Below the pieces are notes generated by a model. It was not told the DNA's origin. It searched no databases and saw only the letters and a list, made by a program, of their open reading frames with translations. From the human T2T-CHM13v2.0 reference genome, Homo sapiens, in the NCBI RefSeq assembly GCF_009914755.1, contig NC_060931.1: DNA of 64,000 nt. One strand, given 5' to 3'. This document shows, one piece after another, positions 18,083 to 31,851 of this stretch. The position numbers and the translations under genes are program-made. Within the stretch, counting starts at the first letter, position 1. The number at the start of each line of letters is the position of its first letter.

Positions 18083-19683
18083 TTAACCAGCAGCATGACC
18101 TCTTGTTTTCTCATCTGCTAAAAGTAAGAGAATAGAGAATAACAATTGAATGAAAACAGCACAACTTGAGACAATCTAGCAGCGCCTTGCTTCCCAGTTA
18201 CTCTTCATATTCAGAGCAGCCTAGCTGATTGAGGCAGCAGCAGATACCTGACCCCTGTGGGGAGGTGATCTTGGCTTTCTGAACTAATCAGATTTCCTCT
18301 GAAGGCTGAACCAGCAGATTCAGGCTGAATTAGCAGCAGGTCTCTCTAGCTGATGATGTGGCACTAGTGAAGGGTCACGAACTCCTGGGGTTGAGCAACA
18401 AAAATTAAACTGGCTCCCTACCTTTCATCTTATACCAAAAGAACTACAGCTGGATCAGAGTTAATCTTTAAAAGGAGAGAGAGAGAATTTCAAAAAGTAC
18501 TAGAAAAACGCACAGGTGGTTTCTTATGTAATGTTAAGTAGGGAAGCTGATTTCAAACATGACAAACTCAGAAGCCATATAATCCAGAAGCCATAAAGAA
18601 AAAAATGATAAATATTTGACATAACAATTTAAAAAGTGAATATAAATCAGTTAAACAACAACTGAGAAGAAAAACAACAACAAAATTTGCAATAGATAGG
18701 ACAAAGGGGCAATGTTCTTCATTTACAAGCGCTCTTAGAACAAATCAATGTGAAAAGGCAAATAAACCAATAGAAAATTGGGCAAAGGTCAAGACCAGGC
18801 TCTTCTCAAGTTGCTGTTGGACACCACAAATGGATTAACTGAAATCTTCATGAACCACCATAAAAAAAGAATCTAGGACTGAGCTTTCACTTCTGGAACT
18901 GAGCTGGGAGGCAATGAAAAGATGTTGGCATCCTCAAACTCAGAATCAACATCAGCCTGCAATAAAATGAGTGTGTGAATTCTCAGAAGTGAATGAAACT
19001 CCTTGCCAGTGAGCACAACAAAGTCAAAGAAGAGACAGGATATCACCCTCTTGTCCTTCAAGCCATCTGATGACCCAGGGTACTACTGAGACTAGCAGGG
19101 CTGAAACAGCAGCAATGGAACACATTGTTTGGACCTGCTGGGAATTTTGCCCTCTAATGTACCTGGGCTTTTTTAATCACAAGGGAGAGTTTCTCTAGGT
19201 GCCTCCTTTTGAAGCAGCCTTTCTGTAGTCATAGAGATTCATCTACCTTGGGACAGCACAACCCCTGCCAAGGTCTGTTCTGAATTTCTGATTCTCCATG
19301 ATGTGCTCACCTGGCGATTACCCATGCACAACTCCTCAAGTATTTCCAAATTCTCATCATATTACTTTGTTGGGGGATGGAGAGGATTGAGCAAATGGAT
19401 TATTAGAAAAAGGTTTACAACAAACCACATACATGCAGCAGAAAATCTCCTTCCCCCTTTACTTTGCCATGTGTTGGCATGCCAAGTAAATGGACAATTC
19501 AACCAGCAGTGTCTGAATGCTATGCAACAGTTACTCTGAGGCATATCTGTGTCCAGAGAAGGTCCTTGTCCTCAAGAGTTCAAAATCTAGGAGGAAACAA
19601 AATAAATCAGCAGCAAAGATCACTTCCCTTCAGAACCTTGACATCATTATCTCACCCAAGCCATTTTTAAATGATTCAATAAC

Positions 19684-20060
19684 TGTTATGGGCTGAACTG
19701 TGTCCCCCACACCTAATTCATATGTTGAAGTTCCAATCCCAGCCCCTCGGAAGATGACTGGCCATATATGAAGATAGGGTCTTTGAAAAGGTTATTAAGT
19801 TAAAATGAGATGATGAAGGGGACCCTAATCCAATAAGACTGGTGTCCTTATACGAAGAGGAAATTAGGATACAGACAGAGAAGGAACCACATGAAGACAC
19901 CCATCTACAAGCCAAGGAGAGAAGGCCTCAGGAGAAACCAAACTTGCTGGGGTCTCCATCTCAGACTTTTAACTTCCAGAACTGTGAAAAAATAAATTTC
20001 TGCTGTTTAAGCCATCCAGTCTCTAGTACTTTGTTATGGCAGCCCTAGCAAACTAATACA
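19684..20060 (+). mobile_element. MLT1 (MaLR) solo LTR
   Basis: tgttatgggctgaactgtgtcccc...aataaatttctgctgtttaagcc...gcagccctagcaaactaataca. Confidence 0.85.
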
Positions 20061-20069
20061 ATATCTTTT

Positions 20070-21560
20070 AATATGGTCCCCATATTCCAGCTGTTTCGAT
20101 TCTTTTCTTTATTTGTTTTTAACCCAGGCTCAAGCATTGTATTTGGTCATCAGGTCTCTTTGGGAGTTTCCTTTATTCCAGCCTTCTTCATTCATAACAC
20201 TGACATTTTTGAAGTCAAGCCAGAGGTCTTGCAGCATGTCCTACTTTCTGGATTTGTCTGATTGTTTCCTCACGATTAGATCCAGATTAAATATTTTTGG
20301 CAAGAACATTTTTAGGTTCATGTTGTATACTTCCCAATGCATAATATCAGTCGGTAACATAATGCTAGTTTATCCCATTTGCTGATGATCACTTGGTTGA
20401 AGCAGATTTCTCCATTGTAAAGGTACTTTTTCCCCTCTGTAAACAGCAAGTAATTTACTAGGAGATGCATTCAGACAATGGGAATTCCAACAGTCTTTTA
20501 CTGAAAGGCTTCAGCATCCAATGATGATCCATGCCTGAATCAATTATTACTTGCAGGTGGCAAAGTCAATTTTTTTTCCTTTTTCTAATTCTAGCATAGC
20601 TTCTACCTTTATTAGCTAGCATTCTTCAGTAAAGAAACTTTATCAGTCTATTCTCCAACTCACTTTGGCTCCTTTTAGGGAGCAATAATTATCACTCATT
20701 ATGTTGTGTTGGATTTTTTTAATTCCATGTGTTACAATCCCTTTCCAATTGATTTGTCTTCATTGTGGTAAAATATACATACCATAAAGTTTACCATTGT
20801 AACCATTTTTAAGTATACAATTCAGTGGCATTAAGTACATTCACAATGTTCTACATCACCATTACCCATTTCATCATCCCAAACATAAACTCTAAACCCA
20901 TTAATATCCAATTGAATTTTAATTGCCATTATTTTTTATAACAATGATATATACTCATATATAGACATACATACATACATAATATGCATACATACACACA
21001 AGAGTGTGTATTTAAATAATGAAAATCACTTTTAACTCAATGTACCAGGAAGGGCAAATGTTAATATTTAAAGTTAGCTAATTAAAACCATTATGCAAAA
21101 AGCTGGTGGACTTAAGATAACAACATCTGAAACCACTGACCAAAACGTAACATCACAAGAAACAACCAAGAATTAGGTGCTTCCTCATGTGAGTACCCAG
21201 TACCAAGTACCCAGCAATGTGATGGGAAGCTCTAAGCACCATCTAGGAAGTATTCTAGCCAAAACCAAAAAAGACTCTAACTTGATCAAGCTTTTAGATT
21301 AAACTGTCACTTGCAGGAAATACTGAGGCCAAGCAACACCACAAAGACGTAATCAGCAAAGTCCAAATTGTGGGAAATTACAGGAAAGACGACCCAATTC
21401 CCTCATCAAATAAACTGCAAGGAAACAACCAAAAAGGGGGCAGGAAAACCTATAGATTAACAAGATTTAAAAGACGTATCAACCAGCCATGTGTGGACTA
21501 TATCTGAATATTGATTAGAACAAACCAACTATAAAAACTGTAATCTTAGGACATGGGTTT
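20070..21560. mobile_element. Several old L1M fragments
   Basis: Diverged L1 3' UTR motifs, e.g. ttgtggtaaaatatacat...aagtatacaattcagtggcattaagtacattcaca. Confidence 0.5.
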
Positions 21561-22014
21561 TAGCATTCCTACAGGGACTTCAAGAAATGGGAAAATAGAA
21601 CCACAACCCCTTCTGAAAACTGAAGAGAAGAACTCAGACAAATATATATATATCTGCCCACCAATACAGAGAAATGAAAAGAAGTATTTCTTTCTGACAA
21701 AGGCTAAAAAAAAAGAAACATTTCTGTCTCTGACTGACCTCTATGTTAAACAAACAAATAAACAGGCTCTCTTTTATCCTGCTACCCTGTTGCCATAGCT
21801 TTATGGCAAGAAATATGAACAGAGGTTGTTATGTCCCGTTCACAAACTGCTGTGAAGAATATGAAAATCGAATGAGTCTGGGGTAATACTGGGAAAGTAC
21901 TAAATTAAAAGTATTGAAAATGCAGCCAAGACCAAGGAGATTTTAGCTGGCTAAAGAGTTTAAATTTTATTCTGCAGGCAACAGAAGCCACACTGCATAG
22001 CAAGATAAATTAAA

Positions 22015-22310
22015 GAGGGCAATGCAGCACACTGGTTATGTGCTTGGGCTCTGGAGCCAGGCTGCCTGTGTTGAAATCATAGCTCTCCTATTTACAAGCC
22101 ATGTGATCTTGGGCAAGTTATGTAATCTCTCTGTACCTCAAAGAACTTAACTACTCTGTACAAATGAGTTTCTCGATGTATATTATGAAGGTGAGAGCAC
22201 TTACATGTCATAGGATTGTTATGAAGATTGCATTAGTAGATATAAAGTGCTTGGAACAGTGTCCGGCTTTTACAAGTGTTATATAAACATATGCTAATAT
22301 TATTATTATT
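22015..22310 (+). mobile_element. MIR
   Basis: ggctctggagccaggctgcc...tgtgatcttgggcaagtta...aaagtgcttggaacagtg. Confidence 0.75.
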
Positions 22311-23214
22311 ATTTGCATAACCTTTTTGAGCCTTAGGTTTCTTTATCTGACAAATGAGGTTATCAACACGTTCCCTGCTACCTTGTAGATGATTATAAAG
22401 ATCAAATAATGAAGCTTGGGTCTTTATATTATCTGGTTATATTAATCCCTGAAGACTTTGAGCTTCTTGAAAACAAATCTAGTAGCTTACCTGTTTTTGG
22501 AATCCCAGCACAGTGTAGGCACTGACAAACAGTCGTCGTCACTTATGCCCTTGAATGCACTTTTTAAAGCTGCTAAGTACTGTACCCATGAACACGGTAG
22601 TGCTATTATCATGGCAACAAGAGCCAATCTTAGAAAAGTCCTTTGGCAGTCTGGACAGAATGGAGAGGAAGGTGTAGGGATGAGATCAAAAGCAAGGGGA
22701 TCAGTGGGAGCTACAGCAATGGTACAGCTACAAAATAAAGAGGCCCTGAATTTGAACAGAGAAGATAGGACATACATGCTCCATGGCCGTAGAAGGGTTT
22801 CACTGATCCACCTCTTTTGCCACATCCAATTCAGGCTGATGGTGTCTCTCCTATCTGCCCATAACAGGTACTTAATTGAACTAACTAGAAACTTTATCAG
22901 GAAAGTGAAGCTGCAGGATGAAGTCAGGAATGACCAAAAAGATGGATTCAGTTATAAGAACTGGTGAGTTCTAGGTCAGCAGAGTTTGAAATATCTTTGA
23001 GACAGACAAGTTGAGTCTTCCAGCTCAAACTAAACAGCTAAAAGTGCAGGGCTAGAGCTTGAGACAGCCACCCAGGCTGAGGAGTGTTAAGGAGCCAATA
23101 CCCATTAAGGGGGCAGGTAGTGCGGCAGGAACTGGAGGGAGGAGACAATCTCAGGCACAGCCTTGGGGGACACTAACCTTCCAGGTGTCCAGGCAGAATG
23201 AAGAGAAGCCCACA

Positions 23215-23700
23215 AGGCACAGCACTATTCACAGTAGCAAAGACAGGAAACCAACCTAGGTGCCCATCAATGGTGAATTGCATAAAGAAAATGTGGTATA
23301 TATCCACCGTGGAATACCTTGCAGATATAAAAAGAACAAAATCATGTCCTTTGCAACAACATGGATGCAGCTGGAGGCTATGATCCTAAGTGAATTAATG
23401 CAGGAACAGAAAACCAAATATCACATGTTCTCACTTATAAGTGGGAGCTAAACAATGGGTACTCATGGACATAAAGATGGCAACAATAGACACTGGGGAC
23501 TACTAGAGGGAGGAGGGAGGGGAACAAGGGTTGAAAAACTAATTATTGGGTACTATGCTCAGTACCTGGGTGATGGGGTCAACTGTACCCCAAGCCTCAG
23601 CATCATGCAATATATCCAGGTAACAAATCTGTACATGTACCTCCGGAATCTAAAATAAAAGTTGAAATTATTTTTTAAAATGTACATTTAAAAAAAAAGA
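23215..23700 (+). mobile_element. 5'-truncated L1 (L1PB/late L1PA-like): ORF2 end and 3' UTR
   Basis: Translates ...IMSFATTWMQLEAMILSELMQEQKTKYHMFSLISGS*, then L1 3' UTR and A-tail. Confidence 0.88.
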
Positions 23701-23962
23701 AAGTAAGACCCTTTGTTAGATTCAGAAAAAGTGAAAGATTTCTAGATTTTTGCTAAAGTAATGCTTCTCAAAAGGTGCAGCATTAGTGCTGGACCTACAT
23801 ATACCTGACCTGTACAGGGAAGGGAAAAACACTACATTTTTGGCCAAAATTCCTCATTGGTAAACTAGTACATTCTGTTTTGAAGATTAGGGTAAAGTGT
23901 ACTATCATTCTATATGCATATGTCATGCTGCTAAACACTAAAATAAAAATATATCTTTGCTG

Positions 23963-24072
23963 GGAAGAAAGAAGACGAAAGAAGAAAGAAGAAGGAAGGA
24001 GAAGGAGGAGGAAGAAGGAGGAAGGAAGGAGGAGAAAGGATGAAGGACGAAGAAGAAGGAAGAAGAAGAAGA
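23963..24072 (+). repeat. (GAA/GGA)n purine-rich simple repeat
   Basis: gaagaaagaagacgaaagaagaaagaagaaggaaggagaagg...gaagaagaag. Confidence 0.9.
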
Positions 24073-25816
24073 AGCCTGCAAAGGAGAATAAAGGGGTAAT
24101 ATGAGATGCTAGAGGCCAATAATGAGAGGGGACATCATGAAAGCAGATGGCGAGAAAGAAAGGGTAGGACACAGGGTCATGTGAGGCCAGAAATGAGGAC
24201 AAGCCAACAGGTTTAGAACTGAGGTTACTGGTGACTTTTAGGAGAAGGACATTTAATTTAGTTCATTTCACCCAATTAGAGGGTCTGTCTGGTTAAACAG
24301 GCCATGAAAATAGAGTTTGCTCAGTAGCTGTTAAATACTTTGCTAAAGGAATTGTATCACTACACAAAGGCATATCCCCCTCCTTACCTCCAAGCAGAAC
24401 CAACACATGTCTCAGCGTCACACATTCCTCTGTTGCAAGGTCCACCCTAAGGCAAACCCACAGAGTCTTATGAGGAAATCTGTAGGTGTTTATGAGGCAG
24501 CAAATGCCAACCAGAGAGGAGGAAGCGCTCAGCAGGAATGCCATAATAGATAATCCTCACACATAGTGGAGAACAAAGGGAGGAATGGTTCCCTCTAAGA
24601 ATTCATCAAAAGCAGAGACTGGTCATGGGACTAAAGGTCTAAGAGACCAAAGCACAGAGGAGTCAGAGCTCCTCGGACAATCTTCTAAAAGAACTCAATA
24701 TCCAAAAAAGACCTGCTCCCTGACTTTTTTACGCTACATATCACCTTTCAACTCTCCCCACACCTTTCCAACCCTCTATTTGCTGTGAAGCCATATGACC
24801 TAAGCCAGGGAACACTGGCACCACATGGCCCTGGATGAGGTTAGCCCAGGAGAGGGCTCTGAGACCAGGTTTGCTCTTTGTAATGCTTCCCTCCTCCAGC
24901 ACCTTCTCTGATCACAAAAAACCACTGAGACTCTGCAGGAGACAAATGGAGCTTTCAGTCAAGTTTGGGATTAAAACCTCTATTCCAGGATTATCACAAA
25001 ACTGTATAAACTTGATGCCTAAGCACCCTGGAGACACCAGGCAGGACTAAGACAAAGCTGTCAAGAAAGAAGAGAAATTTGGAGAAACCCCTACATACCC
25101 CTCCTTTGAACTGACACACCAGGGACTTTAACTTAATCTCACTGCATTCCATTCTTACTCCAAGAAGGAGCCAGCAGGTCTCTTGAAGCAATGTGCACCA
25201 AAATAACAGTGGTTGTCAAGCTTTCAAAAATCCTGAGGCTCAGGCCACACCCAAGTCCAATTCAATCATGATCTCTGGAGGGAGACCCAGGCATCAGCAG
25301 TTTTTTATACCAGTCCAGAAGACTTCAGTATGTAGGGAATCACTGGCCTAGAGCAGTGCCAAAAGCAAAGGCATTCATGGGAATTTGGACCAATAACAAA
25401 TGTTTCTGGGACTCCATTTCTAGGACTCTCCTGGTAAAAGGGGACAGGACTGAGGAAGGAAAGAGTAAAGATCATTGTGTTAACATAAATTCCAAGGCCA
25501 TCCAGCTCCAACAAGATAAGAACCCCTAAAACCCAAACAGTGGAGCCATAGATATTTGTTTTAATAATCATCATCATGGTAGCATAAAAACAACTCAAAC
25601 CTTCTTTCCTCCATTCCTAGCACAAAAACTGATTTGTTTTATTATGATATCACCAAATACTTAGTAGAGTTTTTACATAGGGGAGAAAAAACCCTGCCAT
25701 TTGAAGAATATCTTTAATAACCTCAATATATTTTATCCTCAATGACAAACCTCTGAAGAGGGTTTTATGATGGGTGAACAATGTGGAAGACATGGAGGTT
25801 AAATATACAGCCCAAA

Positions 25817-26038
25817 GCCTGGGCGACATAGCAAGACCCCCGTCTCTACAAAAAAAAAAAAAATTTTAATTAGCTGGGTGTGGTGGTGTGTGCCTGAGGT
25901 CCTAGCTATTCAGGAGGCTGCGGTGGGAGGATCTCTTGTATCCACGAGGTCTAGGCTAGAGTGAGCAATAATCACACCACTGCACTTCCACCTGGGTGAG
26001 AGAGTGAGACCCTGTCCCAAATATATATATATATATTA
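25817..26038 (+). mobile_element. 5'-truncated AluJ with a (TA)n tail, followed by an L1M 3' fragment to ~26192
   Basis: gcctgggcgacatagcaagacccc...gagaccctgtc. Confidence 0.85.
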
Positions 26039-26409
26039 TAGTCCAAATCCTAATGGAAACTGGATTAAAGGTATATGACAGTGGTGACAGTTACACAACT
26101 CTGTGCATATATTGAAAACCAATAAATCATATGCTTTAAATGGGTAAATTGTATAGTACTTGAATTATATCTCAATAAAGCAATTAAATAAAAGGTATAT
26201 GACAATTCCTGTCCTGCAGGGATTTGCGATCTGGTTGGAGAGATGAGAAATACACTTAATAAACACTGAAATGAAGCATATACAGAGTGACAAAGGTGTT
26301 CTAAGATAAGAACTACTGGACTGGGATGATCAGGAAATATACACATCCATACCCGATGGCATGTGAACTCTCACACATACACCTTCGCAAATGGAACTCT
26401 TGGTAAGAC

Positions 26410-26660
26410 CTGGGAGAGCAGCGCAGAGGTTAAGAGCAGAGACTCTGAAGACACATTGGCAAGGTTCAAATCAAGACTGTAGCACTTACCTGTTGCACAA
26501 GCGTGAGAAATTACTTAACCTCCCCTAACTCAGTTTTCTCACCTGTAAGTTGAAGTCAAAAACAGAAAGCACCTACTTCTTAGAATTAAGAAAATTAATT
26601 GAGTTACTATTTGTAAGGCTCTTGGAAAAGTACCTGGCATGCAAAAAGCACTAGGTAAGG
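26410..26660 (+). mobile_element. MIR
   Basis: gaggttaagagcagagactctgaag...ctcagttttctcacctgtaa...tacctggca. Confidence 0.75.
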
Positions 26661-26857
26661 CAGTTCTCAAATAAAAGTCTGGTTTACACTGAGACACCTA
26701 CCCCTCTCCTAAGTCATCTCCCACACCTCTCCCATATACTTTATTCTCCACCACACTAAACTACCAGGCACACATGGTGGACAGAGTGAGGCCACAGCTG
26801 CTGGAGCCAGACTGGCAGGATTTGAACCCCAGCTCGATAATTTCCTAATTATCCGAT

Positions 26858-27161
26858 CTTTTTTATTTTATTTTATTTTTTTGAGACAGAGTCTTGCTCT
26901 GTCACCCAGGCTGGAGTGCAATGGCACGACGTCAGCTCACTGCAACCTCCGCCTCCCAGGTTGAAGCAAATTCCCCTACCTCAGCCTCCCGAGCAGCTGA
27001 GATTACAAGAATGCACCACTATGCCCGGCTAATTGTTTCCTATTTTTAGTAGAGATGGGCCAGACTGGCCAGGCTGGTCTCAAATTCCTGACCTGAGGTG
27101 ATTCACCTGCCTCGGCCTCCCAAGGTGCTGGGATTATAGGTGTGAGCCACCGTACCCAGCC
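26858..27161 (-). mobile_element. Alu inserted in a MIR (~26770-27365); the MIR carries a 39-bp tandem duplication at 27262-27340
   Basis: Reverse Alu dimer; ttaaatgaatcaacaa(c/t)gaaacaca(g/t)ttggaactgaatt x2. Confidence 0.88.
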
Positions 27162-27647
27162 ATACTTATCAGATCTTAGGCCACTAACATCACCTCTTGG
27201 TATCTCAGAGCCTTCATCTATAAAAAAAGGATGATAGTAACTAACTCAAAAGGCTGAGGCATTAAATGAATCAACAACGAAACACAGTTGGAACTGAATT
27301 TTAAATGAATCAACAATGAAACACATTTGGAACTGAATTTGGTATCTAGTAAGCGCTCAGTAAGTGTCAGCTGCTTTTAGTTTTTATTACCTGCTGTTAA
27401 CTAAATGTAGCCTGTGCTCTCACCTCCCAGCCCTTCATTTGTTTCCAACCACTGGATTGGATCTTTACTCTTCCCCATCCATTCCTTCTGAAATACTAGC
27501 AATTTTCAGAAGACTTCCCTCATCTCCTCAGAAATGGGCTCTTCTCCTACTGCTCCCACAAACCTTGTAGTGGGAGCATTTCCATCAGAGAACTTAGCCC
27601 CCTGGAATGGTTTTGGTTTTCTTGAACATCAAAATGGAGTCCAATTC

Positions 27648-27925
<278 letters not shown>

Positions 27926-29161
27926 TAAATGAATCAATGATCACAGCAACAACTCATCCAAGAATGAAAAGTCAATACAAAGTGTACTAGTCCTACAGAC
28001 CAAATTGTCTTTATTATTAATGCTTTAATGTGCCCCCAAATTTCCTTCTTTTGGTTCTAGGCTAATATTGGTCTGTGTTCAGTTTTACCCCAGAACATCT
28101 CACAGGTCTGAACTCAAGGGAGCATATTCTAACTTTTAGTAGGTTCATATAGGTTAATTACATCATTCGTAACGCATAAATTTAACCAATGACGAAGAAG
28201 AAAGCTCTCCTTTAACCAAGAAAAGGGCAGAGACGAAGAAAAGGGTGACCTCTCAATTACCACCTTTTAAAACTGTTTTTTTATGGCAGTTTTGGGAAAT
28301 GTTTAAAAGAAATATTCAAACAACGCAAACAGTACAGGCAGATCTAACAAGGGAACCCACAAGGATTATTCCTACAAACGTAGGCAGCAAGAGAATGGAC
28401 ACTTTTTGAGATAATCTCAGAATACTAAGAGTTTTAGATTAATGTTCATTCACGAAAGAAAACAAACACTTCTTGAACCATTAACTAGTAATCTTCATAG
28501 CAAAATTCAAAATAAAAAGCAGCCAAAGACTAGATTCTCCATCTCCCCATTAAAACTATTTAAAGGAAGGTCATGAATAATTAGCTGTATTTAAATAAGT
28601 ATAAAGACCAAAGAAAGAAACAGATCAGAAAACTAATTGCTAGTTGTGGCTACATCTATCCAGAAAATACCAAATCTGCTTAAATATTCAAACAATTTGT
28701 CACAGTGAGTGTAGTGAGTGTTGGAATTCTCACAGTTGCTGAGTCCCCAGAGTCTCAGCCCAATTTCCTAACAGTCCATTGAGGTGAAGTCCTCTCCTAT
28801 CCAGGCTCCTCAACTTTTAAGAGGGAATGCCAACCCTACCCCTATGGCTCTGTGTTCAGCTGGCAACATGGAATAGCTATGCTCCAGGGAAAAAGCAAGG
28901 AGCACAGCCTTTAACTCAGGCTGCCAACAGAATCAACCGATAAAGGTGATGCCCAAAGGCAGTTCAATAAGGGACATTCTTGGAATAAGTTAGACCAGCA
29001 GCTTCATTGAGGGACCTTTTAAGGCCACATTTACTGCACTGCCATTGAGTTATAATGAAGGACATGATAAGAAATGGCCTTATGTAACCCACAGACATAT
29101 ATCTGTGGTCACAAGGTAGATTCAAATGCCGTTCACTCACAGCATATAAAAGAAACTGCTC

Positions 29162-29513
<352 letters not shown>

Positions 29514-29884
29514 TCATTTCCTCTTTGCTTTGGCTGGGAGAAAATGCAATCACCTCTAGTAAGCACATAATGTTCCACTAACCTTAGTCCTGGCTTTGTC
29601 TTACTTTCCCTTTGTCCTGTTTTTCCCATCTACTTGGAATTGATTTTTATATATCTTATTGGATTGCAAAATAAGTATATATGATGTGAGCCATCAGATA
29701 TCACAGAAAGAGGTGAGTGCAAATGAAGACATAAACAAAAACACAAGCTCCCAAGTAGTAAAAATGAACATTTCATTTTCCCTGACTCAATACTTAGCTA
29801 AAAATCAACTGCCCTTGATATGTGACACTTCTACTATTATGTAGAAGTACAACCAAAGAGTTGAACTAACTTCCATATCACTTA

Positions 29885-30200
29885 TTTTATGTTTTGTCGT
29901 TGTTGTTATTTGTTTTTGAGACAGGGTCTTGCTCTGTTGCCCAGACTGGAGTGCAATGGCACAATCTCGGCTCACTGCAATCTCCGCCTCCTGAGTTTAA
30001 GCGATTCTTCTGCCTCAGCATCCTGAGTAGCTGGGATTACAGGTGCCCACCAGCACGCCTAGCTAACTTTTTTGTATTTTTAGTAGAGACAGGGTTTTGC
30101 CACGTTGGCCAGGCTGGTCTCGAACTCCTGGCCTCAACTGACCCGCCCGCCCCAGCCTCCCAAAGTGCTGGGATTACAGGCATGAGCCACAGCACCAGGT
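29885..30200 (-). mobile_element. Alu (AluS-like)
   Basis: Reverse dimer; TSD-like tcacttatttta on both sides. Confidence 0.92.
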
Positions 30201-31836
30201 CACTTATTTTACTTAATATTACTCAAGTCTTATACTCCATTTCTATGCACACGTCTCAATTTATGTTCCTCAATTACCTTATCTCCTAATAAAGTAAAAG
30301 TATTTACATTACCTGCAGATATAAAACTAACAGTAAAGAATGGGTACCTAGTCCCACCTACTCTAGGGAATTAGTTCATACCAAGCCTTGTACCTTGGTT
30401 GCATGCAAATTTAATGCAAAAAAAAGGTCAAGGGCTATTGGGCTTGAAAGGGTTAAGGCAGCTTCCAAAATTGAATCCTAGTGATGCTCAGAGAAACTGC
30501 TGAAAAGTTATAGATAGATATACACACGCACACCTGTGTGTTCATATGCAAACATACATGAGCCCACACACCCAGAGTACTTTCCTAAGGATGAAACTCA
30601 GAGTAATTACAGAAAAGAGAAATGCCACTTAGACCACAGAAACTAACAACATGAAGAAGCCTACGGATTTGGGGAGCCTGGAGAGACTTAAGTCATAGAA
30701 CAGCATTTAAATATATTTGTCTGCTTACAATTTCCATTGCAAATGTGATTAGTTTGCTTGAATAAATAGGAATATGATGTGTTGGCCATGTTTTCCTCTT
30801 GAGGGTTATCACAGAGTTTTGATTAAGGACAAATGTTTGAAATGTTAGGTATATTTAAGTTCACTGCACTTAAAATGAGCTAAGAAGTTGTATAGGCTTG
30901 ATTAGAGGGCTGCCTTCGTGAACTTAAATTAAAAGCAATAAATTCCAAATGATTCAAGTGATTGGGACTAAATATGGTATTCTGCCAGAGAAGTTGAAAT
31001 GCAGTCCAAAGAGACTGAAATGGTGTCCAGGTTTCAAGAAATGGTGAAAGAGGAAAGGTCAAGTGTTGGAGTTGCCTTTCCTCTGGGTTAGTGAATGATT
31101 CACATTACACAGAACCCCTTTCAAGTACAACTTCACAGGAGTGACAGGCTCCCAGGACAATCTGTTTCATCGTTCCCAAAAAGAAGCCTCTCAAATGCTC
31201 CGAGGCGGGTATCTAAGTGTTGTCAGATGGAGAGAGGGAGGGGGAAGATGGGAATGATGGGAAAGCGGGGAGGGGGAGAGTCCCTGGACTTTTTATTCAC
31301 AAAGGCGCAGACCAAGTCTCCTAGGCAGTTTCCAAAACGGAAGTCAAAGTAACTTCCCCACCCGCGGGAGGGCGGAGCCCTTGAAACGTAATAGGATCAG
31401 GCTTCAGCCCGGGCTCTGGCCCCTGGAAGAAGCCGGAGTCAACAACCAGCGGGGTCAGGAGCAGGAGCGCGCTGGGAAGGTAGAGAGGACCCCCAGCGCT
31501 TGCCGGCCCAGGGTGCACCAGGCCCCAGTCGCGCCCGCTCCTCCTCGTCGGCCCTGGCTCAGCCCCGTCAGGCACCAACTTCCCTCCCCGGCCAAGTGGG
31601 AGTGTCCGGCCCACAAAGTTTCCGCTGCGAGGTCGGGCCTCGGTCTCTGCACCGACCGCCTGTGCTGCCCGGGAGGAGTGGCCCCCTCCCTCCAGCAGCC
31701 GCAAGGTGGAACGGCTGCCCGGCACCCCATTTTGCTCCGCCTGTGGCACCAACCCAGACACGTGAGCGCCCGAGCCTCTCGCACCCCCAGGCTGATCCGG
31801 CAGGCGCGCTCCCCCCGGCCTCGGGCCCGCGGTTAC

Positions 31837-31851
31837 CTTGGCGGCCGCCAT
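31837..31851 (-). CDS. SLC25A13: SLC25A13 (citrin) exon 1, coding part: MAAAK
   Basis: Minus strand reads gcgaatc ATG GCG GCC GCC AAG|gtaacc (phase-0 donor at 31836-31831) inside a CpG island. Spliced to exon 2 it gives [23 protein letters not shown], which I recognise as the citrin N-terminus. Confidence 0.97.

Noticed and set aside
22458-22967. 169-aa ORF and its 112-aa antisense ORF
   Set aside because: Non-ATG start, overlaps L2-like relic sequence, no recognisable homology or splice structure.
30305-30320. Strong minus-strand donor CAG|GTAATG (another CAG|GTAAGC near 22490)
   Set aside because: No convincing matching acceptor or pyrimidine tract at exon distance. Isolated donors are common in long introns.
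31321-31851. 176-aa ORF beginning MAAAKVTAGPRPGG
   Set aside because: Only the first 5 codons are citrin exon 1. The rest is read-through past the GT donor into GC-rich intron 1.
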